DNA of 64,000 nt from Macrostomum lignano. Lineage: Eukaryota. How positions within the stretch are numbered: the stretch's first letter is position 1; each line of letters starts with the position of its first letter. The stretch covers positions 62,001-126,000 of the forward strand of contig NIVC01002661.1 in NCBI GenBank assembly GCA_002269645.1, read 5' to 3'. The translations under genes and the position numbers were made by a program. The notes beneath the pieces were generated by a model, which worked only from the letters and a program-made list of their open reading frames with translations, did no database searches and was not told the DNA's origin. Below are positions 51,977-64,000 of this stretch, one piece after another.

Positions 51977-52876
51977 CCAATAATAATGATAATAATATGA
52001 TACAGCTGCTTCGTTTGAGAAATCTCGGAAACGTAACCTTATTTTGTGTCTTAAGATCTCGTTTGCAATTCTTAGAAGTACAGAAGCTGATGTACAAGGA
52101 TGAACCAAACATTTGCACATTTTTATGACATTCTGGCACTTGCCGACTCTGCTTGCTGACCTTTCCCAGCTGGTGCAGATGGAGTACAACGCTTATTTGC
52201 GACATTCACAGCTGGCGGATAGATTGATGGTGGACGGACTTGCTTCAGCAGCCTCTCGCAGGGCGTCCGAGTCCACGGTTGACGGTCAGCCTCTCAGTCT
52301 TTTGCACAAATAAATGCCGGAACCCGATGATTTCGATGTAGTGAAGATTTCTTGAGCAAAGTTCCGGTAAAACGTCAGATGCACACCTCGTGGCTGAGGT
52401 TTAAGGCGCAAGGGCAGGGGTTTAAAAAACCAAAATGCGAAGCTTCTCACCCTCCTGCGCATTCCGGCTCGGCCTCAAGCAGCACTTGTCAAACTGCTCG
52501 GACTGGCTTTCCTCGCCGGTCAACCGCACCGCCAAAGCTCGTCATTTCGCATTTGCCTTCTATCTGGAATGTATGATGGATGCTTATAGTCCTGTTCCAC
52601 TGTCGGCCTTCTTTTTTATTCATTCGTTTTATCTATTCTTCTTGCGCCCCTACAAAAATAGGCAAGCACGGGTAGAAGGCTGCGACAACTGAGCTCTGAG
52701 AGCAAGGTTCGTTGATTCAGTCACTAGTTCAAAGATGAGGTATTTTTAATAAGTATATTAGATAGAAGAAAGCGACAAAGAAATAGGTATTAAAATCTTA
52801 TTAGTAAGTTAAATGAATTTTTAGTTAAGATCTTCGTTAGTTAAAAGACAACTGACGGCCTTTTTAATCTTCTGCG

Positions 52877-55800
52877 ATGGAAGCGCATTCTTCAACGGAG
52901 TCTGCAACGGCTGCTCGGCAGCAGCAAAAGCAGGTGAGCAGGAAGTGCGACTGCCTTTTCGAAACAAACGAGTTACTTTACTAACTGACTTAGTGAATCG
53001 GTGAACGGTAAAAATTAATATAAGCGACAACAGGCATTTACTCTCTTATATTTACAGGTTTATAATGATATTTCAAAGTAAAGAAACAAAGCACCAATCT
53101 TCTATGACACAAAGACTTCTCAGAACTTTTCACTTTGGTTCGTTTCCTTACCGTGAAAAAAACGAAATTACGGGTTTCGAACTCCAGAAAAGCTACCTGG
53201 ACGAGCTACCGTACTACTCAAACTACCAACTGGCCGATGACGAGGTGCCCCTGGCCAAGTACCTGCTGCCCGCCGACTCTGCTGAAGTGCAGCGAGGCGT
53301 CGAGTCCGGCCGCTTCCCGACGCTGGCCGGCTTGGCGCGGCTGCAGCGGCAGCGAGGCCAGCCGCCCAATCCGTTGGGCGACGCAGCGAACGAGTCGCCG
53401 CCGGCTCCGTTTCCACCGCGACGCACCAAAACGGAGCTGCTCGAATCGAAGGACTTTACAGAGACGGACAAGTTCGCCGAGTCGGTGACGCCGTTGCCAA
53501 GCGACGACTGGGAGCAGCTGGCGGAGCGGCTGTTCGAGCAGAGCCGCAGCAACCTGGAGAAGGTGAGGGTCGCGTTCTGCTTCGCCTGCGCGCACCGGCA
53601 GCTGGCAGAGGTTGCAGAAGAAACTCCGGCATACAAAGCTATCCGGGAAAATGAGGCGACGGATGTATTTGAGAAGCTGCTTGGGTAAGTTCCACGTTCT
53701 GGTCGATGTTTTTGTTTTGTGATCGATTGGACGGAGTCTTTACGTCGAAGCTCTTGGTGTGAAGATTTTAGTAGTGGAAAATTTCTGATCGAACAGTTCA
53801 AGTTCAAATAAAATCGGTTGAGCCGTTTTTGCTAAAATCGATCGCACACACACACACACACACACACAGACAGACCATTTTTAGTATATGGAAGAGCCAA
53901 AAATGTAGGACTGTGTAAGTCCAAGTTACGAGCGTGGTCGACAAAGAGAAGAAAGAGAACGGAATGTTTAGCAGTCAATGATGTTTATTAAAAGAATATT
54001 TATTAAGACACGCGGGTGTAAACGTCTTCCTGATAATAAAAACAATCGTCGTTGTCTTTTGCATTGACTTTAGCATTTCGATTCGTTTCCAAAGATTCAA
54101 AACTAAATTTTTCAGCTGTGGAAAAGTGCCAAACAAGAAGCTTTACGGCTACAAAAAGGGTGCGAACTCCGACTCTGGCGTAAAGGCCGAACTCGGTGGC
54201 TGTTGGTTCGCGTGCTACGTTGAGGGCGAATGGCGATTCGTGGACCCGCACTGGGGTGCCACGGCTGTGATGAATCACGATTCCGGCAGATATGGCTCCA
54301 TTGACGATAAGGGCCGAGTCAGAAGTGCCAGAGAACAGAAGGGACAGAGCGTATTTCACCGTAATGAGTTCTACTTCCTGACTGATCCAGAAAGGCTGAT
54401 CACAAACCATTGTCCACAGCAGCATGATCTGGAGTGGCAGCTGCTAGCGAGGCCACTCAGTATTGAAGAATTTGAACTGCTTCCTCACTACTTTGGAGGT
54501 TTTGCCAAAGAAATGGAATTCTACGATCTGGAGCCGATAAACTATCCTTATAACGTCATCGTAGCAAAGCCGGGACCCGTTGAGATTCTGTTGAAGGAGC
54601 GAGCGGGAGAACAGTATGAGTACAGCGGGCAGCTAAAGATACACACGAAGCACATCAGCAGTGAATCGAAGACAGCCATTTTGAGTGCCTATCAGGAGAA
54701 GGCTTGCGTCAGCAAGGGGATCCGTGTGTCAAAGGATACCGTCAAGTTCATCTTTGAGCCACCATATCCAGGACAGTACGCTCTGGAAATCATGCTCTGG
54801 CGTCAGGTCAGTGAGGTTACGCTAACTGGATGTAAGTTCCTTACGTATACGATCCACTGCCCTCAAAACTGGGAATCGGTCGATGTCATCCCGGAGGGCC
54901 AGGAAGATCTTCGCGAGTTCGGACCAGGACAAGACCTTCAACGAGCTGGACTAACCTCAGAAGCGCCCGGAGAGCTGAAAGCTGGCGACGGAGAGGCATC
55001 GCTGGAAATTGCACCGCTTGAAGAGGACGAAAAATCTAGCAGGTGAGTATAAGAACTACATTTTATGATGTGAAGTATGATCATCTCATTAAAAAAGCAA
55101 GCAACCAGGGAATGTCTAACATACAATTCGCAGCCATCAAAACTTTCAAAAGCAAGCAGATAATTTTTTTAAAATTCTAAAAATCTAAACAATTATTTTC
55201 CGACAATATTTACATCGCAGAAATCTGACGTGCCAAGCGCTGGGTCCGGACAACAAGCCCCTGCCGACGGGCAGCGTGCTCGTGTGGCGCGACGATCGCC
55301 GCAACGCCTTCCTGTTCCTGGCGCCCGATTCCGGCTACTACGCTCTGGTGCTCTACGAGAACGGTCGGCCCGTCGGCCAGTTCCTGGTGGACGCCAGCAG
55401 CGAAGCCAAGGACGGCGCGAGCTTCCCGCTGCCCGACTGGAGCCGCGTCGGAGGTCTCGGACTCGCCGCTGTAAACAAGGCGGACGGCGGAGGCTGTCGG
55501 CTTGTGCCACTGAGCCACCAAACGCCGTACGTTCGAACCGAAGAGTCTGAGCTGGCGTTTCGCTTTGGCGTTGATGGCGGAGGCGAAGAAGGCGACGCAG
55601 GCATCGAACTGAAGTCGGAGATGTTGGGTGTCGTAGCGGACGGAGGGACCGAGTCGGTCGGCGACTACTCGTTAGTGAGCGGTGTCGATGGCGGCGGCTT
55701 CGAGGTGCGGTGCCGGTTCCCGAGAGCGGGCCACTACCTGCTACGCCTGTCGTTCCGAGAGAGCGGCGGAGACTGGCGCCCGTACTTCACGTACTTCGTG

Positions 55801-58800
55801 CGAGCGGTGGGCCAGCTGGACGGATCGGCATCCGCGTTTCCGAGCCTCGGAGCGGACTGGCCGGTCGGCGGAGCGCTCATCGAGCCGCTGGACCGCACGC
55901 TGTCCGTTGGACAGCCGACGCCGATCCGCCTCCGTCTCGTGGATTCCGCAGCTATCGGCGCTGTGGAGGTGGTCGACGAGCGAAGCGGCAGTCGGGAGCC
56001 GTTGAGTCGCGACCCGCAGGACCCGCGGTTGTGGTTCGGGTCCGTGACGGCATCTGCGGGTAACACCGATGGAGCGAACGCTGCCGGGAGCAGCGGCGTG
56101 ACGGTGGTGGCCCGTGTCAACGACGGCGTTGAGACACAGCTTGTAAAGTTCGACGTCGAGTCGGGAAGCAGCTCAGGAGCTGAATGAGCGACGTCGGGTG
56201 GCCGAGGAGAATCGGCAGAGGAAGCGGGAGAACCGGCGCCGCCACGAAGAGGGACTGGAGCCGCTGCCTACCCAGGTGCATTTTTTAATCCTACTTGCAC
56301 ATGTATCTCAGATTTTTGCGATTGATTAGTAAATAATGGCACCGATTGATCGCTTATTTCACAAGTTACGCTTTTACTTTTATCTTTATGTAGGATTCGC
56401 TTAAGAAATTGGCTGAAGCAGAAGCTGCTGCAAAAGCGGCGGCAGAGTCAGAAGCCGCAGCCAAAGCCAATGCGGCGTCCAACAAGACGTTTGAAAGGGT
56501 GGAAGTGGCTTCAAAAAAATCGACTGACTCGAAGGCAGCTTCCAATGAAGCTGTGAAAGCGGCATCCAGGGCGGAATCTGCCGGTCAGGCGGTGACAACG
56601 GCGGGTGCCGCAGTAGAGGCGGCTGTTCAGTCAGCGGCCGAAGCTGCCAGGACTGCGGCTGAAGCTGCGAAGTCAGGTGAAGTTAAAAAAGCTGCCAAGG
56701 CGGCGAAATTAGCGGAGACAGCCGCTCTTGAAGCGAAATCTGCCGCTCAGGCTGCAGTGAGTGCCGCGACCGATGCGCGTACGGCCGCCAAAGCGTCTGC
56801 CGAGGCGGAACAAAAAGCCAAGACGGCGGCCGAGGCGGCGAGAAACGAAGCGGACCAAGCAGCAGTGGAAGCTGAGAAATCAGGAAATGACCAAACCAAA
56901 AAGGCCGCTCAAAATGCCGCAACACTGGTCGATGAGGCGGAAGCTAAATTGAAGACGTCAAAGGAGGCTTCAGAAAAGGCTGCCGCGGAAGCTGACGCCG
57001 CAAGTAAGAAGGCCGCGAAGGCCTCCTCAGATTTTGAAGCTGCAGCCGAATCGTCAGGTGAAGCGACAGCAGCAGCTAAAGCAGCAGCCGCGGCAAAGGC
57101 AGCCGAGGCAGAAGCTGCGGCGGCAGTGAAGGAAGAGGTCAAACTTCTCATTTCTCAGCTAGACGAGGCGCGGCTTCGTAGAAAAGTTGTTCAGTTGCTC
57201 AAGGCGATCAAGGCTTTGGAACCGCACGAATTTGATATGCACGGTTTAGACAAGAAGAAACTGCAAGAGGCCCGGCTGACACTGACTGCCCTGCAGAATA
57301 GGAAGGGTGCGTTGAAACAGTGAGGTTTTAGATTCCGATTTTGCAATTATCATTTGTAGATTGACCGGATGAAGCGAATATAGTTACGTGGCTTACATCC
57401 GTTTTACATTCAGTTGAAATTGTTTTCAAAGCAGTTGAAAGCAAACCAGACAAGCCGTATTAAGACCTGAACCAGATTGGAACTTGATGATTCAGAATTT
57501 AGTTTGCCTGATGCATCATTTTTGAGCACTTGTAGGTGTATGTGCGTGACAAATTAGTGTTCCCACAATCCCTTCAAAGCACCCAACCGGAAAATTTACC
57601 GGCCCACCCCCATCCCCGCAGACCTCCGTGACGCCATGGCGGACGCTCAGCGAGCCCGCAGCACCGACCGCCTGCGCGCGTTGGTGCACCGTCTGGAGGC
57701 TGAAGCTGAGTCGCAACCGCTGAAGGAGGCGCAGCTGGCGCTGTTCCGCGAGGACCTGCGGCTCGCCAGAGAGGCCATCCAGCGAGATGACAAGCTGAAG
57801 CGAATTCCCTCACACCGGCTGGAGATGAGTCCGAAGAGTCTGTCCGAGCTGAGGCAGTACAGCCGGCCAGTGGAAACGGTGCACCGGACGGTGCAGGCGC
57901 TGCTGCTGCTGTTCGGGCACTACGAAAAGCGCACACGGGTAGGCGATCCGCGCTTCATCATTTGCCGCTTCTATGGATTCATTCTGAGTCTGGGACAAAC
58001 CATTGAAATGCTTGGCTGTGAATAAGTATTTTATTTAATAAATCATATTATATTCTCGAAACGTAGTTAATAAGGTGCTTAGCAATTTCTTACCAATGTC
58101 CCTTTTGGCGCGAATTTGAATTGGATTTAGTTAAATGAACATTTTTTGAAGATAACCAAATATGGCTTCTAAAGAAATTAACAATTACGCTACAACAACC
58201 ATGAAAGCATGAAAGAGTGGGTTATAATATTATAATTTGTTGTTTTGCCACCTGACAGAAATGGCCTCGCTGCCAGCCGCTGTTGAAGAGTATCAACAAG
58301 TCTGTCGCGGAGTTTCAGCCGCGCTTCGTTGATCCGCGCATCGCTGCCCGAAGCTGGCAGATTCTTGACGGCATCGACAAGCGCGAGATCGCCCTGCATA
58401 GCTCTGCCGCCTTCGCCTTCTATGAATGGGTTCGTTTAAATTCGAATAACTCGTTTTTGAAAACTCGAGCTGACGCAAGCGTGATTCGTTAGCATATAAA
58501 AATAGGCTTGTGCTTTTCTCACTAAAAGATTCTCGCGGTTGACCCTAAAACCCTAGTAACTGCTTCCTAAAAGCTTTGAGACACCCTTCAAATCTCTGCT
58601 CTGCTATCTTTTGCCGCCTAAAGAGACTTGAGCCTTGACCACACACGTAGACTTGACACAAGCCGTAGACTTGACACAAGCCGTAGACTTGACACAAGCC
58701 GTAGACTTGACACAAGCCGTAGACTTGACACCAGCCGTAGACTTGACACAAGCCGTAGACTTGACACAAGCCGTAGACTTGACACAAGCCGTAGACTTGA

Positions 58801-59802
58801 CACAAGCCGTAGACTTGACACAAGCCGTAGACTTGACACAAGCCGTAGACTTGACATAAGCCGTAGACTTGACACAAGCCGTAGACTTGACACAAGCCGT
58901 AGACTTGACACCAGCCGTAGACTTGACACAAGCCGTAGACTTGACACAAGCCGTAGACTTGACACAAGCCGTAGACTTGACACAAGCCGTAGACTTGACA
59001 TAAGCCGTAGACTTGACACAAGCCGTAGACTTGACACAAGCCGTAGACTTGACACAAGCCGTAGACTTGACACAAGCCGTAGACTTGACACAAGCCGTAG
59101 ACTTGACATAAGCCGTAGACTTGACACAAGCCGTAGACTTGACACAAGCCGTAGACTTGACACCAGCCGTAGACTTGACACAAGCCGTAGACTTGACACA
59201 AGCCGTAGACTCACTATCCGGAAGTTATTAGTGAAAATCGTGAATTCGACTCAGTTGTTAATTGAGTAAGTTGTTTACAGGTTTTGTTTCATTAGGCCGA
59301 TAAAGCAGAAATAGTGGCTCTGAGATTGTTACATATTGGCCCATTTTAAAGTAAAATTTTGCTCAAATTTGATGAACAGATGCAGAGATGAGAAGGGTGT
59401 CATAAAGCGTATTGACTGCGCCAAGCTAAAAAACCTAGAAACCCTGGGGCACAAGAAACATACCTCGATTGGATGTCTCAGTGTGTCTAGTCGAACTGTT
59501 CCTACAAGTTATCGATAGCAGTCGATACTTCGGGCTCCATTCCGTCGCTTACAGTAAGTTGGCATCCCATTTGGCTTCCGGTTCCGACATCTCAGAATGA
59601 ACCCCCTGTCTCAAAGTGGTTCAATTTCATTTTTCCAATGTCCTTGCAGGCGTTCAAAACAGCGAACTCGATCAAGGAAGCGTCAACACCGGAGACCTTC
59701 GTCCCGGCCAGCATGAAGCAACAGATATATATCATTGGCATCACCGATGAAGAGGACGCGATTTGGGACTTCGAAGACGAAGGCATCCGCAGGAGGTCGT
59801 AA
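52877..59802 (+). CDS. KY/hillarin-like transglutaminase-fold protein; model exons 52877-52933, 53188-53684, 54116-55042, 55221-56274, 56394-57306, 57622-57938, 58259-58429, 59650-59802
   Basis: GYKKG, W...VEGEWRFVDPHWG, NEFYFLTDPE...H.P...WQLL motifs; Ala-rich coiled coil; C-terminal ELRQY...VH.TVQALLLLFG...AFYEW. Junctions are phase-consistent. In-frame TGA at 56185-56187; first exon tentative. Confidence 0.75.
58643..59212. repeat. 18-bp minisatellite GTAGACTTGACACAAGCC, ~31 units, in the last intron
   Basis: Direct reading. Confidence 0.97.
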
Positions 59803-61046
59803 TGGTGCATAAGTAGACTTCGGTCTATCTAAAGACAGAGAACAACTGTGCTTTTCCTAGATGTATCACAATATGGTTATCCATGGACGTAACTCACATT
59901 CCACAATCGTGGCTTCCTAAGATCATCTTAATGACCAGCTTAATGATTGTTAAGCTCATTGTGGAGGGAAGAAGGGTTATAACTTTTTCAATGTTTGTGG
60001 ATTAAAGTCTTATCAGAAATTATTTATACTCGTATTTACACGTATTTTTTACGTTCTTCATTTTGCGCAATTACCGGTACAAGCTACGAGTACCGGTATA
60101 TGCAGTACAAAATGCACTTTTAATATCTTTTTTTCCACACTACTGAAGAGAAGTACCAGCTAAGTATTACCTGACAGGATTATACCATTTTATAATCCTG
60201 TTCAGATCGCGACTATCTTTTACAAGCGTATTAACAGTAGGAATACCAAGCCATTTTTCCGCCCGTCGAACTACCAAGAGGGGGGAATCCCCCCTGACAA
60301 TTTTTTTGCTGCGCCGGAACGGAGCAACGCAGGCAAACGAAATTCAAGAAAACGGGCTAACTTTTTGTTGCGCACCTTCTCAAACAAGAATCAAGTCGCC
60401 AGCCCTCCGGACCGTCGAGATATTTGACGATTCTGCCAGAAGGTCGGATTTTTCCCATAGGCACAAGTGTATTCAGTACACCCCTGTGCGCCAATTAGCA
60501 CTGTGCCTCAGTGCAGCCTTGCCAAGTCTCCAAATTTCATCAGCACGTCGACCACATGTACCTGCATCAGTTCTGACTTCGTTGGTCACTGGCCTTCACC
60601 CAGGTGGAGCTTCTGGACCCTCAACAGGTGGCATTAGGTGACTATGGACACCCTGATGCGGATTTCTCTAGTTTCGCCGATCAAGCCTCGACAGTGGGCA
60701 AGAATCAACCGCCAGACATTCTCAGCTAGTCTCTCAAGCATTCCGTCATCATCCCGACGCCGTCGGCTCCTTCAACAGATTTGATGTTTTGATGTACCCT
60801 TTCCCATTGAGGCGCCATTTCTTCATTCTCTTCTTTTGGATTTAACAAAATCAGTTTGTTTTTTACCCAGATAGTTCTTTACAGTTCTTGCTTTAATATG
60901 TGACAAAAGCCAACAAGTTGTCTTAAAATTTTTGTGACATTACACTCCTAATATTTTATAATCGGTGGCGAAAATTGTCAGATTTTAACAAATATTGTAT
61001 TATGTTTGATTGTCCCTATGGTTCTCTTTACTTTAAAATTACTAAA

Positions 61047-61742
61047 TTTCGCTTTCCGATTGACCATAAGTTGCTGAACGCCAAGCTCAGCAATGTGTGG
61101 GTGGGCGACCGCGCCGGCAAGCTGGAGAACCTGGTTTGCCAAGCCCATGAGGACACCAATCGGCTCTACCCGTTCAACATCCAGTGGAGCAGCGAGGGCG
61201 CCTATTTCGACGGCACAACGGCCTATGCGGTGCTGAACAAGTCGAGCCTGAACTTTGCCAGCGGACTCACCTGGCTGATGAAGCTAAATAGGCAGCCTCA
61301 GGTTCAGCCAATCCTGGAATTCGCCGACTGCAACAATATAAACGGCGTCACCGGTTACGGCATTCACCTGTGGGAGAATGGCGCCCCTGGTCAGCTGTAC
61401 ATCAGGGCCAACCGAATCACGGGAAGCCTGCTGCCGTTTGTCTACTCAGCAACTGATGCGCTGCCGCTGGGCCAAAACGACTGGCTGAACATCGCCTTCA
61501 CGGCCAATGGGAGCAACTTTGATGTCTTCGTGGCTGATTCCTTCCTGCCAAGGCACACCCTCACTCTTTATAGCGACAACAACCCCAATCCCATAACCAA
61601 CTCGAACGCCTGCCTATACCTCGGAATGCGAGTGGAGCCAGCCAACAATCCCAGGTTTAAAGGCACCATGAAGGCGCTGGCCTTTGCTGGGACGAGCATG
61701 TCGGAGGCGGAGATACGCGAGTTCTTCTCCATCTTTGAATGA
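61047..61742 (+). pseudogene. Partial duplicate (LamG-like domain only) of the gene at 48093-49109; pseudogene or terminal exon of another gene
   Basis: Colinear with 48414-49109 at a constant offset of 12633 with no indels and roughly a dozen substitutions; signal peptide and PAN part absent. Confidence 0.75.
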
Positions 61743-62985
61743 AGAGCAAAAATTGCCAAGAGTTTGTGCCTGGCCACAGTAATGAGCATCTGATTGCTGC
61801 ACACTCGATATCTGCGGTTTGAACACTTGAAGAGGCTTATAACTTTCCGAACACATTTCCAATGTACGGACTGAAAGTACGATTAAATAAAGATAAGATG
61901 CCGCATCAACTTTCTTAGGCTTAAGCAGTCTTAAATTTAATTTTACATGCCGGCCTTGAGTCGTAAGAAGAGTGATGGCACGTTAGAAGACCGCGTGATG
62001 CGTCGTAAAAAATGATAGTAATAAAAAACTAAATTAAATAATTAATATAAGTTAATAGCTAGTGGTTATTGGTCCAGTAGTTCTCCCATTAGCCTAATTC
62101 AATGGTAGATTGTATTGTATGCAACTGAGCTGAATAATGGCCAAAACAGGAGTGCGCGTAGGAGACTCCATTATCTCCTCAAGAATCCAGTCTGGGACCC
62201 AGTTTACAGTGAGGTTGGCATAGCAGCTAAAACGAACAGCGAAATGATATGAAACTGTCCCTATTACTGCTTAAAATGGTACTCAACCGAAAAGTAAATC
62301 TCGAAATCTCGAATGAAGCTTTGTGTTGAACTCTGACTCGACTGACTTCGATCATTTACGGACTGTGGATTCTGGGTTCAGTGCTCGGGGTGGGTTATTT
62401 GTCTGGTGAGGGTCTGCGCACTTTGTGTACATCGTTGCTCATTCTCCCCCTCGTGCAAGCCTTATCTCTGTCACCCACCCCAATGCAATGCTGCGATGCT
62501 TGTTAAATTTATGTTCTTACCTAAGACTGACTTTAATAACCTTGTGTCAATGCTGAGAGTTAAAGCTATTGATTTTCCCTTCGAATTTTAAATACCTTAC
62601 TGCAGAGGATGAAGTATTTTACCTAATGACTCAAGAAGATAGGGATACGAGCGTACAATGTAAATTCTAGAAAAAATCATCAAAGACATGACGCAAGCCA
62701 GAATGCAGCCTAATTGTGTATTAAGGTCTCGTTTGCAATTCTGAGGTACAGTACAAGGATGAACCAAACGTTCGTACGTTCTGGCACAAGCCGACATTGC
62801 GTGCTGACCTTCCCCAGCTGGTGCAGGAGGTGCAAAACGCTTCGTTGCGACATTCACAGCTGGCCAGATAGAGTGCAAGTGCTGCATCTTGGACCCTCTG
62901 TTGATGGTCGGCCAGCCCGTGGCCGAACTTCAAGACCCGTGTCGCCGCTTAAAAACCGATGGTTGCTGCTTCCGTGCTGCTGTGT

Positions 62986-63129
62986 TCTGAAGGGCGTCCT
63001 GACCCTCAGTTTCTTCTGAAGGGCGTCCTGACCCTCAGTTTCTTCTGAAGGGCGTCCTGACCATCAGTTTCTTCTGAAGGGCGTCCTGACCCTCAGTTTC
63101 TTCTGAAGGGCGTCCTGACCCTCAGTTTC
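62986..63129. repeat. 29-bp tandem repeat, ~5 units
   Basis: Unit TTCTGAAGGGCGTCCTGACCCTCAGTTTC. Confidence 0.93.
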
Positions 63130-64000
63130 TGCAATTAGCTGGTGTTGGTCCTGTGGCGCAGGAAAACTAGATAAAAATTCATCTACAACGGCACCCTACC
63201 CATTGAAGCTTCCATTGGACTCAAGATCGGTGCAAGAGTGTACTTTGTCTAGCCGTTACGTTGGAAGTCTTACAAACTAGATCGCCGTTAGTTGTATTCA
63301 AATCTCTTCTAAATATTACTCTGGAAAAACCTCAATGTTCAAATTCGTGTCGTTTTTCGCACTGAAAAGATTGCTGAATTTATCAGTGGTAACAAAACTC
63401 TGCCATGCCAAATGAACATTTGCTCACTTGCAAACGCTGTGAACCGCATGAAAATGATTGTTTGAGAATTCTGTAGGAACGATGGCAAAATTAGTTTATT
63501 AGTACGTCATGTTCATCATGGCCTAACAACATACTCTTAACAACCGTCTCGCCACGAGGAGTGCTAGTCGCCAACTTTACATTTTTAACCCGCTTAAATA
63601 ACCGGTTGGAACTCATTTTTTGTATACTTCTTCCTTATCCACCCAAACTCTTGTACCCACCTCTGTGCTCTTGTACTTTTTTCAATTGCTAACAATAAAT
63701 TGGTCTCAAGCCAATATATATATTCCTTTGTTTCTTTCAAACAAGATGCTCATTGTTGGACGAAATGCACTGGCCAATGAAATGTAATAAAATAATCGAA
63801 TTTAACACAATTGAACTAATTAAATATGCTGATTATTTCTTTCGTGTATCTACTTTTCATTAAGCGAGCTTTAATTTAGTGGGCTTTTCCACAACTTTAG
63901 ATTTCTTAGGCGAAGCTCCGGTAAAATGTCAGACACGCCGGGGCTGAGGCCTCAGTCGCTTGAATTCTCCGCCCTCTGCCGCCGAGTTGCCGCGAGTTGC

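Noticed and set aside
58545-59269. CQVYGL-, SLRLVS- and DTSRRL-repeat ORFs
   Set aside because: Translations of an 18-bp intronic minisatellite.
59336-59518. ORF as last exon of the KY-like gene
   Set aside because: The exon at 59650-59802 has a better acceptor (TCCTTGCAG), the right phase and a more protein-like sequence (FYEW|AFKTA).
60300-60780. Possible upstream PAN-encoding exon for the second LamG copy
   Set aside because: All plausible frames contain stops and show no clear homology to 48093-48413.

Overview
Eukaryotic (animal) genomic DNA with GC-rich exons, short spliceosomal introns and many minisatellites. The style suggests a free-living flatworm such as Macrostomum, but that is inference only. 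Mobile elements: (1) the 3' part of a Ty3/Gypsy LTR retrotransposon (1-~7625) whose polyprotein frame carries an unexpected cold-shock domain upstream of a coiled coil and PR-RT-RH-IN; (2) an apparently complete Ginger-type DNA transposon with three introns (14385-16801, TIRs, GCCGG TSD); (3) two tRNA-derived CORE-like SINEs; (4) two probable solo LTRs and a foldback element. Host genes, with exons reconstructed by hand from splice sites and frame: dynein light chain LC8, an orphan signal-EGF-TM protein with a repetitive tail, a fatty acid transport protein (SLC27/FATP), a signal-peptide-bearing atypical SDR, a head-to-head CYB5D1 / CFAP97D2-like pair, a secreted PAN-LamG protein plus a near-identical partial copy, and a large KY/hillarin-like pseudo-transglutaminase. 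Many long ORFs in the supplied track are artefacts of stop-free tandem repeats. Several frameshifts or stops may be long-read assembly errors.
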